From the NCBI GenBank assembly GCA_964187785.1, contig OZ076409.1, positions 81,594,001-81,658,000 on the forward strand: a stretch of 64,000 nucleotides of DNA. Reading direction: 5' to 3'. This document shows positions 61,405-64,000 of this stretch, one piece after another. This stretch comes from Amphiscolops sp. MND2022. Taxonomy: Eukaryota. A program made the translations under genes and the position numbers. Below the pieces are notes generated by a model. It did no database searches, was not told the DNA's origin, and saw only the letters and a list, made by a program, of their open reading frames with translations. Numbering within the stretch: the first letter of the stretch is position 1; every line of letters starts with the position of its first letter.

Positions 61405-64000
61405 TAAAAATACATCACAAGTAGACAAGCTGTTGTATGTTGAGAAAGGCAGCCTAAATGCAGCTTTGAATAGCACTTCGTGCGATTTACGACTATGATA
61501 CGTCGTCGTTGAGTAAACAAATATAGTAGCGCCAAAGGCTAGAATTACTATATACGAGACGTCACAGCCGCGTTAGAGATTTCGAGGCCATCTATTTACT
61601 TTTCTATCAAAGCGAGGGTAGGTATTTCTATTTTTACGTCAGCAGTACGTCACATATAATGTAGCTAGCTAAAATCAATTCCAAGTCTACGTCAGCACAA
61701 CGTCTACAAATATGCTTGAAAAAAGGTAGACGTTGCTTCGTTGTAAGGTGATACGTCAATCATTTGTGAATTGTATTTCAAACGATCAATTAATTAATCA
61801 ACAAATTGCAAACCTCCTCTTTCTCCTAGCATCACTCAATTGGCCTTTGCTTGGAAATTAGTCACGATTTCTAAAGTTGAAAATCAAAGTCGAGTATTAA
61901 TTGTTCCGGCGTTAGCTCCCCGTCAGTTGTACCGCAAAATCAAGCAGTAAAACAGGCAAACAAGTCCGGTTTGTCAGACTGAAGTGAAAGCTACTTCCTG
62001 CTTCAGAGGAATTAAAAAGAAGGCCGCAACGAATTGATTTGATCACGAGTGATGACTAAAATCAGCCTAATAATAATGAACAAATTACCTTTGACGGAAA
62101 GTCGACGTGAACCAAAAGAGAGTTAAAGAAAAACCCTTCGAATATCATCTTTTCAAAAGCTACCATGTAAACTAGACCTACATTGCTCATCCTTTTGAAG
62201 ACACTAATCCGCAATTGATCTTACTCTAATTACAACCTTACTTTGCTTATCTGATAGCACCGTGATCTATTTGACTTTGTTTCTAAATTTACTATCTTCG
62301 ACGTTCAAGCTTGATTGAAAGTCTTTTCTCCAACGACACATCATTTTATTTTAAAAGTTTTATCAAAATTACGAACAAACTAAATCAAGAAAAGAAGCAC
62401 CGTAACGGACGAGGACGGTTAAATGGCATCTGATACCAATGATCCAATGGAAAATTTGGTCCACTTTTCAAGTTGGCGTAAGTTTTGAAGTGCATCCGGG
62501 TGTTGAATGCCTTTTTATTCTTTTACATTATTGAACGAGCTTAAACACCCAAGTTCCACATTTGGTTTTTTCCGACAAATTTATCCATTTTTTGGATCTT
62601 TTCAAATTGAAATATAATATATGTTTCTTGTAAAAAAATTCTACCCCATAGTAAACGCAATTTTACAATCGCCAAACGATGTCGACAAAACTTCAGAAAC
62701 AGAAAACAGATACAGGAGATCCCAAGCGGTGTTTCATTATAATCAATTCTTGTAAATTTTCCCAAGATTCCCCAGAGTCGACAAAAAGTGTTGTTTTGGT
62801 AACTAAAATTGGGTTTGAAAAATGAAATAAGCAAAAACCACAACTCAGGACGCCAAAATCCATTTGCCGAAATTTCTGAAAACCAAAGAAGACGTCTCAA
62901 GCCTGAAAAGCAAAAAAAAATCACCAAAGACCAGAAATAAGTTGATCCCTCGCGCCTCGTAACACCATGATCCTGCATTTTTCGAGTCTGAGTGAATTGC
63001 TCTATTTTCACAGCTCTATTTTATTGGTTTGAAAAGTGAGAAAAACTTTTCCCTGTTTTATCATGAGTTTTTCGCTATGGTTTTATAATCGTTAGCCTGT
63101 CAATTGAATTTATTGTGTTGCTATTTTTCGAGAAATACTTACTGAGGATTTATTGCCATCTTTGACAAATTTTAACAAATGCAGACTCTGTTTTCTGTTT
63201 TCTGTTTTTGTTTTGCAGTTATCTTGGATTTTTCATTTAAGCCTAAATTCTGCTTTTTATACCGGACAGTGTTTTCTAGCATATCATTTCGAAACAATCC
63301 TTTGTTGAAAATGTTTGAACTTTTTCCACGCACTTTTAACTTTATTGTTGCTATCAACTTCACTTTGATTTTTAAAAATTTATACGGAATCATTCATGCG
63401 AAAATATTTCCCTGTTATACTCAAATTTCATCAGACTGCTTGAAAGATTTATTTAGGTTTTGGCGGCAATTTTAGCCCTTCACGTTTTGCAGGTTTGAAA
63501 AGAAATGGAGGCTAGAAACCGTTCTAATTTTAAATGCAACTAAGTTGCTATCAGTTTTACTGTAATTCTACACGATTTACCATATGTACATTATTGAAAT
63601 TGCTAGGGTTGTTAAAAAATCATTCTGCATGCAGGCCTGCATCATATAAAAAAATCCAACAGTCTCAACTAGGGATACCTCTGAGAGAGCTCATGTATTT
63701 TACTTGGTGGTTTCCAAAGAGAGTTTGTGAATCGAGTCAGATACGTCAAGTTAATTTAAAGTGACCTTCGGAGCACCAATATCAACGCTGAATCTCTTCA
63801 GCTTATCTGCTTTTTCGTATCTCCTGACAACTTGAAAGCGGAGAGCAAACAAAAAAGTTCAAAACCAACATCTTGAGAAGTATAAGATAAACTAAATAAA
63901 TGGGTGATTGCTTGTACAAAAAGTCTTGAATCCTGTCAAAATTAGAAAGATCTCAATCTGTGATAGGTACGAGTCTCCATAATAATTGTACCAGAAATAT

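Overview
Eukaryotic (intron-containing, AT-rich, repeat-dense, probably invertebrate animal) genomic DNA. Host genes: four 3' exons of a NEU1-like sialidase (8815-11271, +) and an intronless four-TM gene with one premature stop (22649-23215, -). The rest is mostly mobile DNA: a degenerate CMC/EnSpm (CACTA-type) transposase next to a Suv4-20-like SET-domain ORF, a 173-bp satellite, several MITEs, a BEL/Pao relic and Gypsy relics. The main result is an unusual Ty3/Gypsy lineage represented by three different families: element A (31897-47991, full length), element B (49652-60684, internally deleted) and solo LTR C (30421-48044, interrupted by A). They share an odd layout. The N-terminal part of gag lies inside the long LTR (189 codons in A, where it reads through the PBS). 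A small acidic CxxC ORF runs into the 3' LTR. Between pol and the 3' LTR, A and B each carry a homologous antisense, intron-containing gene (about 1,320 aa in A) with a BED-like zinc finger that resembles a hAT transposase lacking clear catalytic residues. All family assignments come from reading motifs by eye; no database search was run.
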